A stretch of 39,564 nt of DNA from NCBI GenBank assembly GCA_026991575.1, contig JALXBF010000162.1:1-39564 (forward strand), written 5' to 3'. Source of the stretch: Planctomycetota bacterium. Lineage in GTDB: Bacteria; Planctomycetota; Planctomycetia; JALXBF01. The notes under the pieces are model-generated. The model had not been told where the DNA came from, did no database searches, and saw only the letters and a list, made by a program, of their open reading frames with translations. Below are positions 27,088-37,800 of the stretch, piece by piece. The position numbers were made by a program, and so were the translations under genes. Numbering within the stretch: the first letter of the stretch is position 1; every line of letters begins with the position of its first letter.

Positions 27088-29475
27088 ATGAGCACGAGCC
27101 GACGTGGTTTCTTCCGGCGTATGTTCACGGCTCTGGGAGCCGCACTGTTCCCCGGACGTGCTGCCAAGTCGGACCCGGCGGAGGCGACCGAAGCGATTCC
27201 CGGAGCCGAGGCGGACTTCGTCCCGGAGCCAGCACGGCCGCGCTGGCAATCGCTGGAGTTTGACGTCGTGGTGGTTGGAGGAGGGATCGCTGGCACGTGC
27301 TGTGCCATCGCGGCGGCTCGGCACGGAGCCCGCGTTGCACTGGTTCATAACCGTCCCATGCTCGGCGGCAACTCCTCCAGCGAAGTGAAGCTGTACCCGG
27401 AAAACAACAGCGCGCACCAGCCGTGGATCAAGGAGGGCGGGATCCATGAGGAGTTTCACACCGAAGAGCGCGTCCGTAACCATCAGCCCTACATTGAAGG
27501 ATTGATGAACTGCCACTGGGATCTGGTCCTGTACGAATGGGCCATCCGTGAGCCGAACCTGACACTGTTCCTCAATACGCATGTCTATGAGGCGCTGAAG
27601 AGTCAGCCGGATCGAATTCGTGCCGTGCGCGGTCTGCAACTGGGTACCGAGAAGTTCTACGAGTTCACCGGTTCAATCTTCGTGGACTGCACCGGCGATG
27701 GCTACCTGGGACACCTGGCCGGAGCCGTGTACCGCTGGGGAAGGGAGGGTCGCGACGAATTCCAGGAGCCGCTGGCACCACCAAGAGCCGATGAAAAAGT
27801 CATGGGCAACACGCTCTTCTTCCGCGCGTTGAAGATGCCCTACCCGGTGCCGTTCAAACGACCCGACTGGGCCGCTGAATTCCCCACCGAGGAGGATCTG
27901 ACCCACCGGTACCACGGGTTCGTTGAGGGGGGTTACTGGTGGATCGAGGTTGGTGCTCCATACCACCCGATCCAGGACAACGACAAGATCACCCACGAGC
28001 TATTGCGCCAGCTGCTCGGGGTATGGGATCACATCAAGAACAAAGGCGACCACGGCGCGGAGAACTATGGCCTGGAGTTCGTTGGGTTCTGGCCATACAA
28101 GCGGGAATGCCGCCGGATCCGCGGTGACTACATCCTGACGCAACATCACGTACAGGATCCGCCTGAGCTCCCGGACGCAGTCGCCTACGGGTGCTGGGGG
28201 ATCGACATCCATGTCCAGGGCGGGATCCTTGCACGGCGCAAGCGACCGTATCCGCCCCCCCGCCTGAACGAGAACTGGGAGACCTACGGCACGCTAGTCT
28301 ACCCGATCCCGCTGCGGGCCCTCTACTCACGAAACATCGTCAACCTTATGATGGCCGGCCGTCCGATCAGCTGTACGTACATTGCCTTTGCTTCCAGCCG
28401 AGTGCTCTCCACCGGCGCGATCGTTGGCCAGGCCGTCGGTACGGCGGCCGCTGTTGCAGTCCGTCGCGGGGTTGCGCCGCGGGAAGTAGCCCGGCGGCAC
28501 ATCCGCGAAGTGCAACAGATCTTGCTGCGCGACGACTGCTACATCCCCGGCGTTGCGAACGAAGACCCTAACGACCTGGCACGCATGGCCAAAGTCACGG
28601 CCAGCAGTGACTGGCCACTGACGTTCCCCGAGAAGGAACTGGGGGCGTGGAGCCTGGCCCGGCCGTTGGCGCAGATTTTCCCCGTCAGCGAACCGCGTCT
28701 GGAACGGGTGTGGCTGAAGCTCATCTCGACACGCTCCGAACCGACACCAGTCAAACTGGGCCTCCGTCCGGCACCGTACGTCTGGGACTTCCGTGCAGAC
28801 GTCGACCTCGCACAAGCCACGGCCGTTGTACCCCCTAAGCGGGCGGCGTGGGTGAGCTTCGACCTAGGCGTCGAGCTTCAGCCCCGCCGACTCTACTACG
28901 TGCACCTGGCGGCGCAACCGGGCATTCGGTGGGCAGCCCATCGGGACAAGCCCGGTGAACCGAGCCTGGTACCGCCGGGCGTGACCCCAGCGGACTTACC
29001 GGGCAAGAAGCGCTGGCGGCCGGCCGTCGGCGGGCGGGCATTCCTGATGAGGGTTGAGCCGGAGTGCCGGCCATACGGCCCGGAGAATGTCAACCGCGGT
29101 ACAAATCGGCCCGATCGCTGGACCAACATCTGGATCTCCGATCCGACCAGAGGTTTGCCGGCCTGGCTCGAGCTGCGCTGGGATGAGCCGGTGGAATTCG
29201 ACACCGTGCAACTGACCTTCGACACCGACGCCCTCAAACGGGTGACCCTGCCGTTGTTCCGGTATCCGGAGTGTGTGCGGGCATACCGGCTGATGGTAGA
29301 GACCGGTGGGGGATGGCAGGAGATCGTACGCGAGGCGGACAACTACGTACGCCGCCGCGTTCACCGATTTGATCCGGTGAGAACCCGCGCGCTGCGGATC
29401 GTCGTCGAGGCCACCAACGGCGCACCGTCTGCGCGGATTTACGAGGTGCGTGTCTATCGGGAGCAAACCGGCTAG
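27088..29475 (+). CDS. Tat-exported FAD-dependent oxidoreductase (FAD_oxidored family) with C-terminal discoidin/F5-8-like domain
   Basis: GAGGAG RBS, SRRGFF Tat motif. DVVVVGGGIAG...LGGNSSSE, VDCTGDG, KRECRR. C-terminal WLELRW...F.PVRTRALRI...ARIYEVRVY. Confidence 0.9.
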   Translation: MSTSRRGFFRRMFTALGAALFPGRAAKSDPAEATEAIPGAEADFVPEPARPRWQSLEFDVVVVGGGIAGTCCAIAAARHGARVALVHNRPMLGGNSSSEVKLYPENNSAHQPWIKEGGIHEEFHTEERVRNHQPYIEGLMNCHWDLVLYEWAIREPNLTLFLNTHVYEALKSQPDRIRAVRGLQLGTEKFYEFTGSIFVDCTGDGYLGHLAGAVYRWGREGRDEFQEPLAPPRADEKVMGNTLFFRALKMPYPVPFKRPDWAAEFPTEEDLTHRYHGFVEGGYWWIEVGAPYHPIQDNDKITHELLRQLLGVWDHIKNKGDHGAENYGLEFVGFWPYKRECRRIRGDYILTQHHVQDPPELPDAVAYGCWGIDIHVQGGILARRKRPYPPPRLNENWETYGTLVYPIPLRALYSRNIVNLMMAGRPISCTYIAFASSRVLSTGAIVGQAVGTAAAVAVRRGVAPREVARRHIREVQQILLRDDCYIPGVANEDPNDLARMAKVTASSDWPLTFPEKELGAWSLARPLAQIFPVSEPRLERVWLKLISTRSEPTPVKLGLRPAPYVWDFRADVDLAQATAVVPPKRAAWVSFDLGVELQPRRLYYVHLAAQPGIRWAAHRDKPGEPSLVPPGVTPADLPGKKRWRPAVGGRAFLMRVEPECRPYGPENVNRGTNRPDRWTNIWISDPTRGLPAWLELRWDEPVEFDTVQLTFDTDALKRVTLPLFRYPECVRAYRLMVETGGGWQEIVREADNYVRRRVHRFDPVRTRALRIVVEATNGAPSARIYEVRVYREQTG

Positions 29476-29640
29476 GGAAGCGGGCGACGGAAACCGCTCG
29501 CCGCCACGCCGGCCCACGGTGCGCAGCGGGTGTCTGCGGGCACGGTTCCCACCGCCGTTGCGGCCAAGGACCGGTCAGTCAGCGAGCGCGACCTTCTGCA
29601 GAAGGCGTGGTATTTCACTGCGCGCCTAGAGGAGTAGGAA

Positions 29641-31218
29641 ATGGCAGTGAGCCCGGGTGAAATCGGCGATCGGGATCGGCCGTGCGGCGCGGCTATGGGT
29701 GAGCCGACCAGGTCTGAAGCGACGGTGAACCCGGCGATCCTGGTGGTGTTCGGCGCAACGGGCGACCTGATGCGTCGCAAGCTCATGCCCGCGCTCTACA
29801 ACCTCGCGCTGGACGGTCTGCTGCCGGAGGGGACCGTGGTCGTGGGAGTGGGACGCAGGGAGCAGGCCGATGAAGCGTTCCGTGGTGCGATGCGCGAGGC
29901 CGTCGCGCGACACTCGCGCCGCGGCCTCCCCGATGAGACGCTCTGGCAAGACCTGAGCCGGCGACTCTACTACGTGCGCTGCGCATTCACCACGGCCGAG
30001 GGCCAGCGGCAGCTCCGCGAGCGGCTGGAAGCACTCGACGCCAGACATGGCACCGGGGGCCGCCGGCTGTTCTACCTGGCCGTGCCGCCGGAGCTGTTCG
30101 AGCCGACGATTCGGGCCCTGCGAGAGTCCGGCCAGGGGGACCTGCGCGCCCACGTGGCACCCGACTGGCGCCGTATCGTGGTTGAGAAACCGTTCGGTTC
30201 AGATCTCGCTTCGGCCTGCCGTCTTAACGACGAACTGAGCCGAACGTTTCGCGAACGGCACGTGTTCCGCATCGACCACTACCTCGGCAAGTTCACCGTC
30301 CAGAACCTGCTGGTCTTCCGCTTTGCAAACACGCTGTGGGAACCGGTCTGGAACCGCAGCCACATCGACCACGTGCAGATCACGGTGGCCGAGCAGATCG
30401 GCGTCGAGGACCGCGGCGAGTACTACGAACAGACTGGCGCGCTGCGCGATATGGTGCAAAACCACCTGCTGCAGCTTCTCTGCTTGACGGCAATGGAGCC
30501 GCCGGCAACGCTCGACGCCGATGCGATCCGGGACGAGAAGGTCAAGGTGCTGCGCGCGGTCCAACCCATCCCCACCGGGGCAGTCGCCCCAGCAGTCGTG
30601 CGCGGCCAGTATGGGCCAGGCCAAGTTGATGGCGAGCCGGTGCCGGGCTACCGCCAGGAGCCGGAAGTTGCCCCTGATTCCACAGTCGAAACGTACGTCG
30701 CCTTGAAACTGGCCATCGAGAACTGGCGGTGGGCCGGCGTGCCCTTCTACCTGCGCACCGGCAAACGGCTTGCAAAGCGAGTAACACAGATCGTCATCGA
30801 GTTCCAGCAGCCGCCATCGGTGCTGTTCCGCAAGTTATTCCCGCAGAGCATTCAGAGCAACACGCTCGTGATCGAAGTGCAGCCGGACGAGGGCATCTCG
30901 CTGGAGTTCAACGCGAAGGTGCCCGGTACATTGACCCGGATCCGCACGGTCGAGATGGACTTTAACTTTGACGAGAGCTTCGGGTCGTACTCGCCAGAGG
31001 CGTACGAACGCTTGCTCCTCGACGCACTGCTCGGCGACGCGACGCTCTTTACCCGACGCGACGAAGTCGAGGCGGCCTGGTCAATCGTCGACCCGATCCG
31101 GCAGTGGTTCGACCGGCTGCCGCCTCCGGAGCTGTACCCAGCCGGAACATGGGGACCGGCCGCCGCAGATCGGTTGATTGCCCAGGACGGTCGCTATTGG
31201 CGGAACCCTAAGGGCTAG
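29641..31218 (+). CDS. zwf: glucose-6-phosphate 1-dehydrogenase
   Basis: Motifs FGATGDL, VEKPFG, RIDHYLGK, GALRDMVQNHL, RWAGVPFYLRTGK and AYERLLLD. Start could be 29695. Confidence 0.95.
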   Translation: MAVSPGEIGDRDRPCGAAMGEPTRSEATVNPAILVVFGATGDLMRRKLMPALYNLALDGLLPEGTVVVGVGRREQADEAFRGAMREAVARHSRRGLPDETLWQDLSRRLYYVRCAFTTAEGQRQLRERLEALDARHGTGGRRLFYLAVPPELFEPTIRALRESGQGDLRAHVAPDWRRIVVEKPFGSDLASACRLNDELSRTFRERHVFRIDHYLGKFTVQNLLVFRFANTLWEPVWNRSHIDHVQITVAEQIGVEDRGEYYEQTGALRDMVQNHLLQLLCLTAMEPPATLDADAIRDEKVKVLRAVQPIPTGAVAPAVVRGQYGPGQVDGEPVPGYRQEPEVAPDSTVETYVALKLAIENWRWAGVPFYLRTGKRLAKRVTQIVIEFQQPPSVLFRKLFPQSIQSNTLVIEVQPDEGISLEFNAKVPGTLTRIRTVEMDFNFDESFGSYSPEAYERLLLDALLGDATLFTRRDEVEAAWSIVDPIRQWFDRLPPPELYPAGTWGPAAADRLIAQDGRYWRNPKG

Positions 31219-31327
31219 CCCGTGCGGGCGCGGTTGTTTCGTCGCAGCACTGCGACAAGCTGTCGCCGCCGGCAGAAGCGGCACAGGTAACGAGGCCGAT
31301 GCAGGGGCGTTTCCAGCACGTGTTGCC

Positions 31328-31343
31328 CGGCACGTTGGTTGCA
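31328..31343 (+). promoter_or_regulatory. sigma54 (-24/-12)-like promoter
   Basis: CGGCACG-TTGG-TTGCA with exact GG-N10-GC spacing, about 63 nt before the ParB-like start codon. Confidence 0.55.
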
Positions 31344-31406
31344 ATGCATGTCCGTCGGTCGACGGCTCCGGGTGCGGCGTCATCGCGGTTGAACGGAGGG
31401 ACAGCC

Positions 31407-32342
31407 ATGGCTCGGAAAAAGGCGGTTGCTGAAGTCGGCACCAGGGGGCTGAAGCCGGCGGAGGTTCCTGTCCAACTGCCTCCTGAGCTGGTAGGACTGG
31501 CGGCGCAGATCGAGCAGGATGGTGGCCGCGTACTGTGTGCCTATCGCGATCCGTGGGGGGGACACATGCAGCTGCTCGCTGCGCTGCCGTTGGATCGAGT
31601 GGATCCGACGCCGTTCCAGCGTGACTTGTCGTCCGCCCACGTTAGCCGCCTTGCGCTGGTCATCGAAAAGCTTGACCGATTCCTCGATCCGATCATCGCG
31701 GTGCGCACGGACGACGGGCGCTATTGGACACCGAACGGTTACCACCGCACGGCTGCGATGAAGCAGCTGGGGGCCAGCTCGATCGTTGCCATCGTGCTGC
31801 CGGAGCGGGACATCGCGTACCAGATCCTGGCGTTGAACACGGAGAAGGCGCACAATCTGAAGGAGAAGTCGCTGGAAGTCATTCGCATGGCACGCGATCT
31901 GGCCCACCTGGACCCACGGCCGGAGATCGAATTCTCGCTGCAATTCGAAGAGGCCCCGTTCTTGACGCTGGGCATCTGCTACGAGCAGCACGCTCGGTTC
32001 TCAGGCGGTGCGTACCACAGCCTGCTGAAGCGGATCGACCAGTTCCTGGAGTTGCCGCTGCCTGAGGCGCTGGAGCTGCGTGAGCGGCGTGCCGAGAAGC
32101 TGCTGAAGCTGGACGAGAAGGTCAGCGAGATCGTCCAAGCGTTGCGGGACCAGGGCATCGAAAGCCCTTACCTGAAGACTTACGTCGTGGCTCGGCTAAG
32201 CCCGCTGCCGGCCAGACGTCGCACCACGGCCGACTACGACGAGACGATCGATGCCATGCTGAAGGCTGCCGCTCAGTTCGACCCAGCGCACGTGCGACTG
32301 GAGGACCTGGTCGGCCTGGCCGCGGGCGGTAGCGAGGAGTAA
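31407..32342 (+). CDS. ParB/Srx N-terminal domain protein
   Basis: GGAGGG RBS, ATG 31407. VDPTPFQRDL, FLDPIIAV, YWTPNGYHRTAAM (GxHR/GxxR motif), ALNTEK. Confidence 0.8.
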   Translation: MARKKAVAEVGTRGLKPAEVPVQLPPELVGLAAQIEQDGGRVLCAYRDPWGGHMQLLAALPLDRVDPTPFQRDLSSAHVSRLALVIEKLDRFLDPIIAVRTDDGRYWTPNGYHRTAAMKQLGASSIVAIVLPERDIAYQILALNTEKAHNLKEKSLEVIRMARDLAHLDPRPEIEFSLQFEEAPFLTLGICYEQHARFSGGAYHSLLKRIDQFLELPLPEALELRERRAEKLLKLDEKVSEIVQALRDQGIESPYLKTYVVARLSPLPARRRTTADYDETIDAMLKAAAQFDPAHVRLEDLVGLAAGGSEE

Positions 32343-32352
32343 GCTATGCGGA

Positions 32353-32634
32353 TCAGTGGTCGGTGACGTCCTCCAGCAACGAGATGCTCACGATCTTCTC
32401 GGCGCGGATGTGAACCAGATGGCGGTTGCGGCGAACGCCGTACTGGGAGCTTTCCAACACGTAGAGCTCGCGCGTCGCGTCGGAATCGCGTAGGTCGTGG
32501 ACGTCGGCGTCGCGCAGCTCGACGAAGTCACCAGCGTACCGGGTCAGCGTTCCGATGTAGACGTACGGGGCGTCGACGTCCACGACGACCACCTTCCCTA
32601 CGTACCGTGCCAGCGGTTTGGCGTCGTCGCTCAT
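32353..32634 (-). CDS. small Sm/Lsm-fold-like protein
   Basis: Sm1-like YVGKVVVVD....YIGTL.....FVELRDA and Sm2-like VHIRAEKIVSIS. Alternative start 32643. Confidence 0.65.
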   Translation of the reverse strand: MSDDAKPLARYVGKVVVVDVDAPYVYIGTLTRYAGDFVELRDADVHDLRDSDATRELYVLESSQYGVRRNRHLVHIRAEKIVSISLLEDVTDH

Positions 32635-32658
32635 GGCTGCCATTCCGGTGCGCAATGG

Positions 32659-34446
32659 CTACGGCTGGTCCGTTCCGATCTGCTCCGAGGGCCGTTCCGG
32701 CTGCGAACTGCCCGTTCCGGAGGGCGCGTCGTCAGATTGCTGCGACGGCTGCGGGGCGTGCTGCGGTTGAGCTGAGCCGTCCCCGTGGGGCTCGCCCTCC
32801 GGAGGGTGCTCTCCGCTGAGTCGATCCAGAGCCACCTGCACATAGGGCTTCATGTCGCGCAGGCGACCGTAGAGGTTGACGATCGAGTGCCATATCTTCT
32901 GGGCCTCAATGATCCGCCCGTTCCGGTACAGTTCGTCGGCCTGCGCAAGCTTGCGCAGCACGAGCGCCACGCGGTCCGTCTTGCCAGCGGTCTCCTCCAG
33001 CTGCCTGATGCGACGTCGGGCCAGGTTAACGAAGGGACGCGCGTCCTGTTCGTCCTTCAGCAGCTCCACCATGGCCCGATACCGTTCAAGAGCCGTGACC
33101 GGGTCACCAAACTGCTCGTAGTTCCAGGCTTCGCGGTACAGCCGCTCGGCTTCTGAGCGGGGCTCACGGCCCAGCCGGACGTTGCGCAGGAAGCGGTTCT
33201 CGGCCTTGATCATCTCGACCTGGTCGATCCAGGCCCGGATCTCGTCAATGTGCTCGCCGTCGGGGAAGCGCTCGACATAGGGCAGCATATAGTCTTCCAG
33301 GGCCTCGTACATCTGATACTCGTCCTTGGAGGCCATGGCAACCCGAGCCCGCTCGTAGAGCTCATGCTCCGACGGCGGCTGCATCATCCAGACCACAAAG
33401 GTTACCAGCAGCGCCAGGGCGCCGACCAGGACGGCCGGCCGCTCCCACAGCGACCGATCTTCCGTTCTCTTTCGCTTCTTCTTTTTCTTTGTTCGCGCCG
33501 GCAGCGGGCCAGCGGTCGCCTGGGCCCGTGAGGCCGGCACGGCTGTGGCTCCTGCGGCAGCCGGAACTGCTGCCGACAGCGGCCGGCCCTCTGTAACGGC
33601 GGTGGCGGCAGTGCGCTCCAGGGCCTTTTCGCGCGCCTGAAGCAAGGCCTGCTCGACCATGACCGCATCCAGCGGGCGAGCGGCCGGATCCTTCTGCAGC
33701 AAGTGCATTACGATAGCGTCCAGCCAGATCGGGCAGTCGACGGCTCGCTGGATCGGCGGCACCGGACGCTCTTGGATGTGCTTGTACAGCACCTCGGCCG
33801 CCGAGTCAGACACAAACGGTGGCTCGCCCACAAGCATCTCGTACAGGACACAGCCCAGGGCATACAAGTCGGTCTTGGCCGAAAGGCTGTGCTTGCCAGT
33901 GATCTGCTCCGGGGCCATGTACGCGTACGTGCCGACCGTCTTGCCCGGCTGAGTCAACATGGTCGCGTCCTGGCCCTTGGCCAGGCCGAAGTCGCTCAGC
34001 TTCAGCTGCCCCTTGTCGGTCAGCAGCAGGTTGCTCGGCTTCAGGTCGCGATGCACCACACCGTGGCGGTGAGCACAGTCAAGGGCCCGGCAGATCTGCA
34101 CCCCGAAATGGATCACCTCCTCCCACGGCAACCTGCCCTTGCGCCGGATCAAGCCGGCCAGCGTACCACCCGTGACATACTCCATCGCGAAGTAGGGCTG
34201 CGGCGGTTTCGGACTGCCACCATAGCAGCGGACGATGTTCGGGTGACGAAGCTGCCGCAGCACCTTCATCTCGCGGCGAAAGCGGGCAACCAGCGCCTCG
34301 TTCTCTAACATCGATGGGGGAAACAGCTTCACCGCGACGATCTTGCCCGTCGGCACGTGGCGCGCGCGGAATACGACCCCCATGGCGCCGGCACCAAGCC
34401 GCTTCTCCAGGATGAACGGGCCAACTTTTTTCGGCGTTGTCGTCAT
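32659..34446 (-). CDS. membrane Ser/Thr (Hanks-type) protein kinase with helical/TPR-like extracytoplasmic domain
   Basis: Motifs LGAGAMGVV, VAVK, HRDLKPSN, DFGLA, YMAPE and DLYALG. Basic patch TKKKKKRKR followed by a TM. Confidence 0.95.
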   Translation of the reverse strand: MTTTPKKVGPFILEKRLGAGAMGVVFRARHVPTGKIVAVKLFPPSMLENEALVARFRREMKVLRQLRHPNIVRCYGGSPKPPQPYFAMEYVTGGTLAGLIRRKGRLPWEEVIHFGVQICRALDCAHRHGVVHRDLKPSNLLLTDKGQLKLSDFGLAKGQDATMLTQPGKTVGTYAYMAPEQITGKHSLSAKTDLYALGCVLYEMLVGEPPFVSDSAAEVLYKHIQERPVPPIQRAVDCPIWLDAIVMHLLQKDPAARPLDAVMVEQALLQAREKALERTAATAVTEGRPLSAAVPAAAGATAVPASRAQATAGPLPARTKKKKKRKRTEDRSLWERPAVLVGALALLVTFVVWMMQPPSEHELYERARVAMASKDEYQMYEALEDYMLPYVERFPDGEHIDEIRAWIDQVEMIKAENRFLRNVRLGREPRSEAERLYREAWNYEQFGDPVTALERYRAMVELLKDEQDARPFVNLARRRIRQLEETAGKTDRVALVLRKLAQADELYRNGRIIEAQKIWHSIVNLYGRLRDMKPYVQVALDRLSGEHPPEGEPHGDGSAQPQHAPQPSQQSDDAPSGTGSSQPERPSEQIGTDQP

Positions 34447-34848
34447 CGGCGCTCGAACGTGCGCGGCACCGCGTACCTCGCTGACGAAATCTTAGCCACC
34501 CGACTCCGGCCGTGATAGCCCAAACCAGCGAGCACGTGGGACTGAGCTCCTGCATCGAGACCGTCCGAGCGTCCTGCCGGTTTCAATTGCTCCGAGCCGG
34601 GCCGCTGGGCAATCGGTGCAACGGCCGGTGTAAACGACCGTCCAGACCAACTTGCATCCGATCGTTCCGATTGTCGCCCGTGAAACAAGTGAGCTGTACC
34701 CCGTGGATCGAGACAACCGGTCTGACCGACGTGCCTGGCCCCGGGCGTCGCGCCAATGGAATTCGGCTGTGCGCTACGGCGGTCCGCAGTCGTCCAACCG
34801 ATGCAAGCGGTTGCCATGGCCGTCTGCCCGTGAGGACCCGGCCGGCGG

Positions 34849-37800
34849 CTATTGCGACAGTTCTATCGTCACGGCCATCACAATGGGGGCCGTGTTGTCG
34901 TTTCCCTTCGCGAATTCGATCGCTCGAATGATCGCTGTCCGCTTCGGTTCGAGCTTGAGGTACCGGATCTGTTGGCCTCCTTCGAACTTGAACGCCAGCT
35001 CGGAGCCCGGCACGTCCACGACTCGGATGTAGTCGGCCATGTGTACGCCGTTGATCAACTTGTGCTCTTCCACCTGCCCGTCGGCATAATGCAGGCGCAC
35101 GACCATGGAGACCGATCCGGCAGGGGACGCCGGATAGCCCCAGCCCGCGACACCGCTGAGCAAATGGATCGCCCGGGCGGGCAGGTTGCACGGCAACGCC
35201 ACCGACCGGGGCATCGTCCGTGAGACAGCCCCAATGGGGCTATGGAGTAACACCACGTTCGGCACCGTTCCACTACGTGGATCCACCAGGTGGAACGGGA
35301 TGCCCCGGTACCGCTTCGGACCCCAGTCGCGGAAAACCAGCCGCTCCCTCTGAGCATCCCTGCTGTAGAACATCCCACGTACGCTGGTGATTGTCGCCAC
35401 GGCGCGGAGTGAAAGCGGGACGAAACGTCGCCGTGCGGTCAAGAAGCTGAGCAGATCGACCAACTCCTGCTCGGACAACTGTTCTTCGAAGCCTTCAGGC
35501 ATCAACGACTTGCCCGAGTTACGGATCGCCTCGATCTCCTCGCGCAGCACGACATGCCGCTGGCCTTCGTTGTCGATCAACTCCACTGCAGCCCGCGATT
35601 CGGCCGCTAACAGGCCGGTCAGCACGCGACCGTCGGTGGTCAGGACCAGATACTGGGTGAAGTTGCCCTCGACCGAGCGGTTCGGATCCAGGATGTCGGC
35701 CAGAATCTCGTGTTTGCTCCGTGCTGCCAGTCCGCTGAGATCAGGTCCGACCGCGTTGCCGATTTCTCCGAACCGGTGGCACTTGGCACAGTTCTTCTCG
35801 AACACCTGCTGGCCACGCGCCGGATCGCCGTCACGCTCTGCCAGCGGCAAGAGGCGGTTCAAGACGTCGGAGCGGCTACTGCTGGCTGCCGAAGACTTCA
35901 GCAGCTTTGCCGCTCGCTCAGCAATAGCCTGATCGGGATGTTGCATGAGTGCCTGCCGCTGGTCCAACGTCAAATCGCGCACGCTGATCTGCCCTTCGGC
36001 CAGCGCATCCAACAGGGCACGCGACCAGGACGGTCGGCGCAGGCAGAGCGCAACGACCGCGCGGCGCAGGGTGGGCGTCAAGGTGGCCCAGCGGCTGAGC
36101 AGCTCGGTCGCCACGGCATCAGCCGACAGTTCGCTCAACCGCTGCAGCACGCGCTCGTTGAAGGCGGGCGGTTCGCTGACGCGAATCTGCGCCACGACGG
36201 CCCGAACGGTCTCCTCGTCCGGATCCAGCAGCAGAAGGCGATCGATCGTGGCCAGTCGCTGGTCCGGTGAAAGCTCTGGCGACGCAAGCTGAGCGAGCAG
36301 CCTCTTGCGCAGCTCCGCTACGAGCGATTCCGCGAGTTCCTGCAGACCGGCCCGGCGGTACAGCAGGATGAGGTTGGCCTGTGCCGGGCCACGCAGCTTG
36401 CGCAACACGTGAGCCAGCTGGCGGCGTTGGACCTCGTTGGGTGATATCTTCTGGCCCTCCGGCCAACCGGCGAGCAGCCCTTTCGTGACCGCCGTGGCCA
36501 CGTCGGCCGGAGCCGCCCCGATCCGCTGGATCAGCGCAACGGCCAACGCGGTGTCGATTCCTGCGCGAGCAACGTGTTCGGCCACTACCTGACAGGCCTC
36601 CAGGAGCGGTCGCGAGTCCTTGGAACTCGCAAGCGCTTCGGTTAGGAACAGTGCGCCGTGGTTGGCGGCTGCGATCGTTGCCGCCAGGGGCAGCCAGCGA
36701 TCCTGTCCCAGTTGCGGGTCAGCAAACTGATCCACGAGCAGCGCAGCGACCGGTCGTGATGGCGGTGCTTCGCTCAACGCCAGCAGGGCAGCCAACCGCA
36801 CGCGGCCGTCGGGATCAGCCAGCAGCTCACTTTCCAGCACGACGCGAGGCAACTCGGCCGTGCGTGGGAAGACTTGCACGGCAGCGCGCCGGACCGCGGC
36901 GTTCCGCGCGCGCATCGCGTGGCGGAGAGCCTCGACCACTTCCGGCCGTTCTACGACGCCTAGCCCTTCCAGGGTCCAGATCGCGTGCAGTGCCGCCAGT
37001 GAGTCGGCATGATCCTGGACGATCCTGACCAACACGGGGATCTGGTCTAGCGCACGCCGAGTCACCAGCTCCCACTGCGCACGCATCCGCCACCACTGAC
37101 TGGGATGGTGCAGTTGTTCCACCAGCCTGGCTGGTTGCATCCGGTCGAACGCGGGAAGCGGCCACCGCGTGCCCAGGGGGGAGACGATCCGGTAGATGCG
37201 GCCGTGAGTCTTGTCTCTCAAAGGTGTCACATATGCGTTGCCCTTGCCGGTTTCGAAACCGGGTGGCGTCGGATTGTGTTGCACGATGAAGTTGTACCAG
37301 TCCAGGAACCAGATCGCACCGTCCGGACCCGCGGCTGCGGCAATCGGCGCTGCCCACTCGTCGTCGCTGGCCAGCAGGTTGTAACCGTTCCGCGCAAGAA
37401 AGTGGCTGCCGTGCCGCTGTGGCAGGCAGAGGTGGATCAGGTGACCGGTCGGTTCACAGACGAACGCACCGCGGCGCACCGGCTCGGGGAACAACTCGTC
37501 ACCGTAGAAGTTGTAGCCGCTGGCTGCCGTGAACGCCCCGAAGTAGTCCACTTGCCGGTACGGCCCGATCGGATGGTACTTCTTGTGCTCATCGATCGGA
37601 GCGATCCCCAACTCGTACCAGCCACGGACCTGCTCGAAGTAACGATTCGGAATGGCCAGGTAGAAAGCATGCTGGTTGTTGGCCGTTGAGACGAACACGT
37701 CTCCTTCGGGACTGATGCCCAGGCCCCAGGTGTTGTTCGTCGTAGGTGCGACAAACTCGAACTCGCTTCCGTCCGGACGAAAGCGAAACACCCCCTGACG

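Noticed and set aside
34447..34848. 400-bp gap between the PVC cytochrome and the kinase as a hidden gene or RNA
   Set aside because: The ORFs lack RBS and motifs, and only short imperfect inverted repeats are present.
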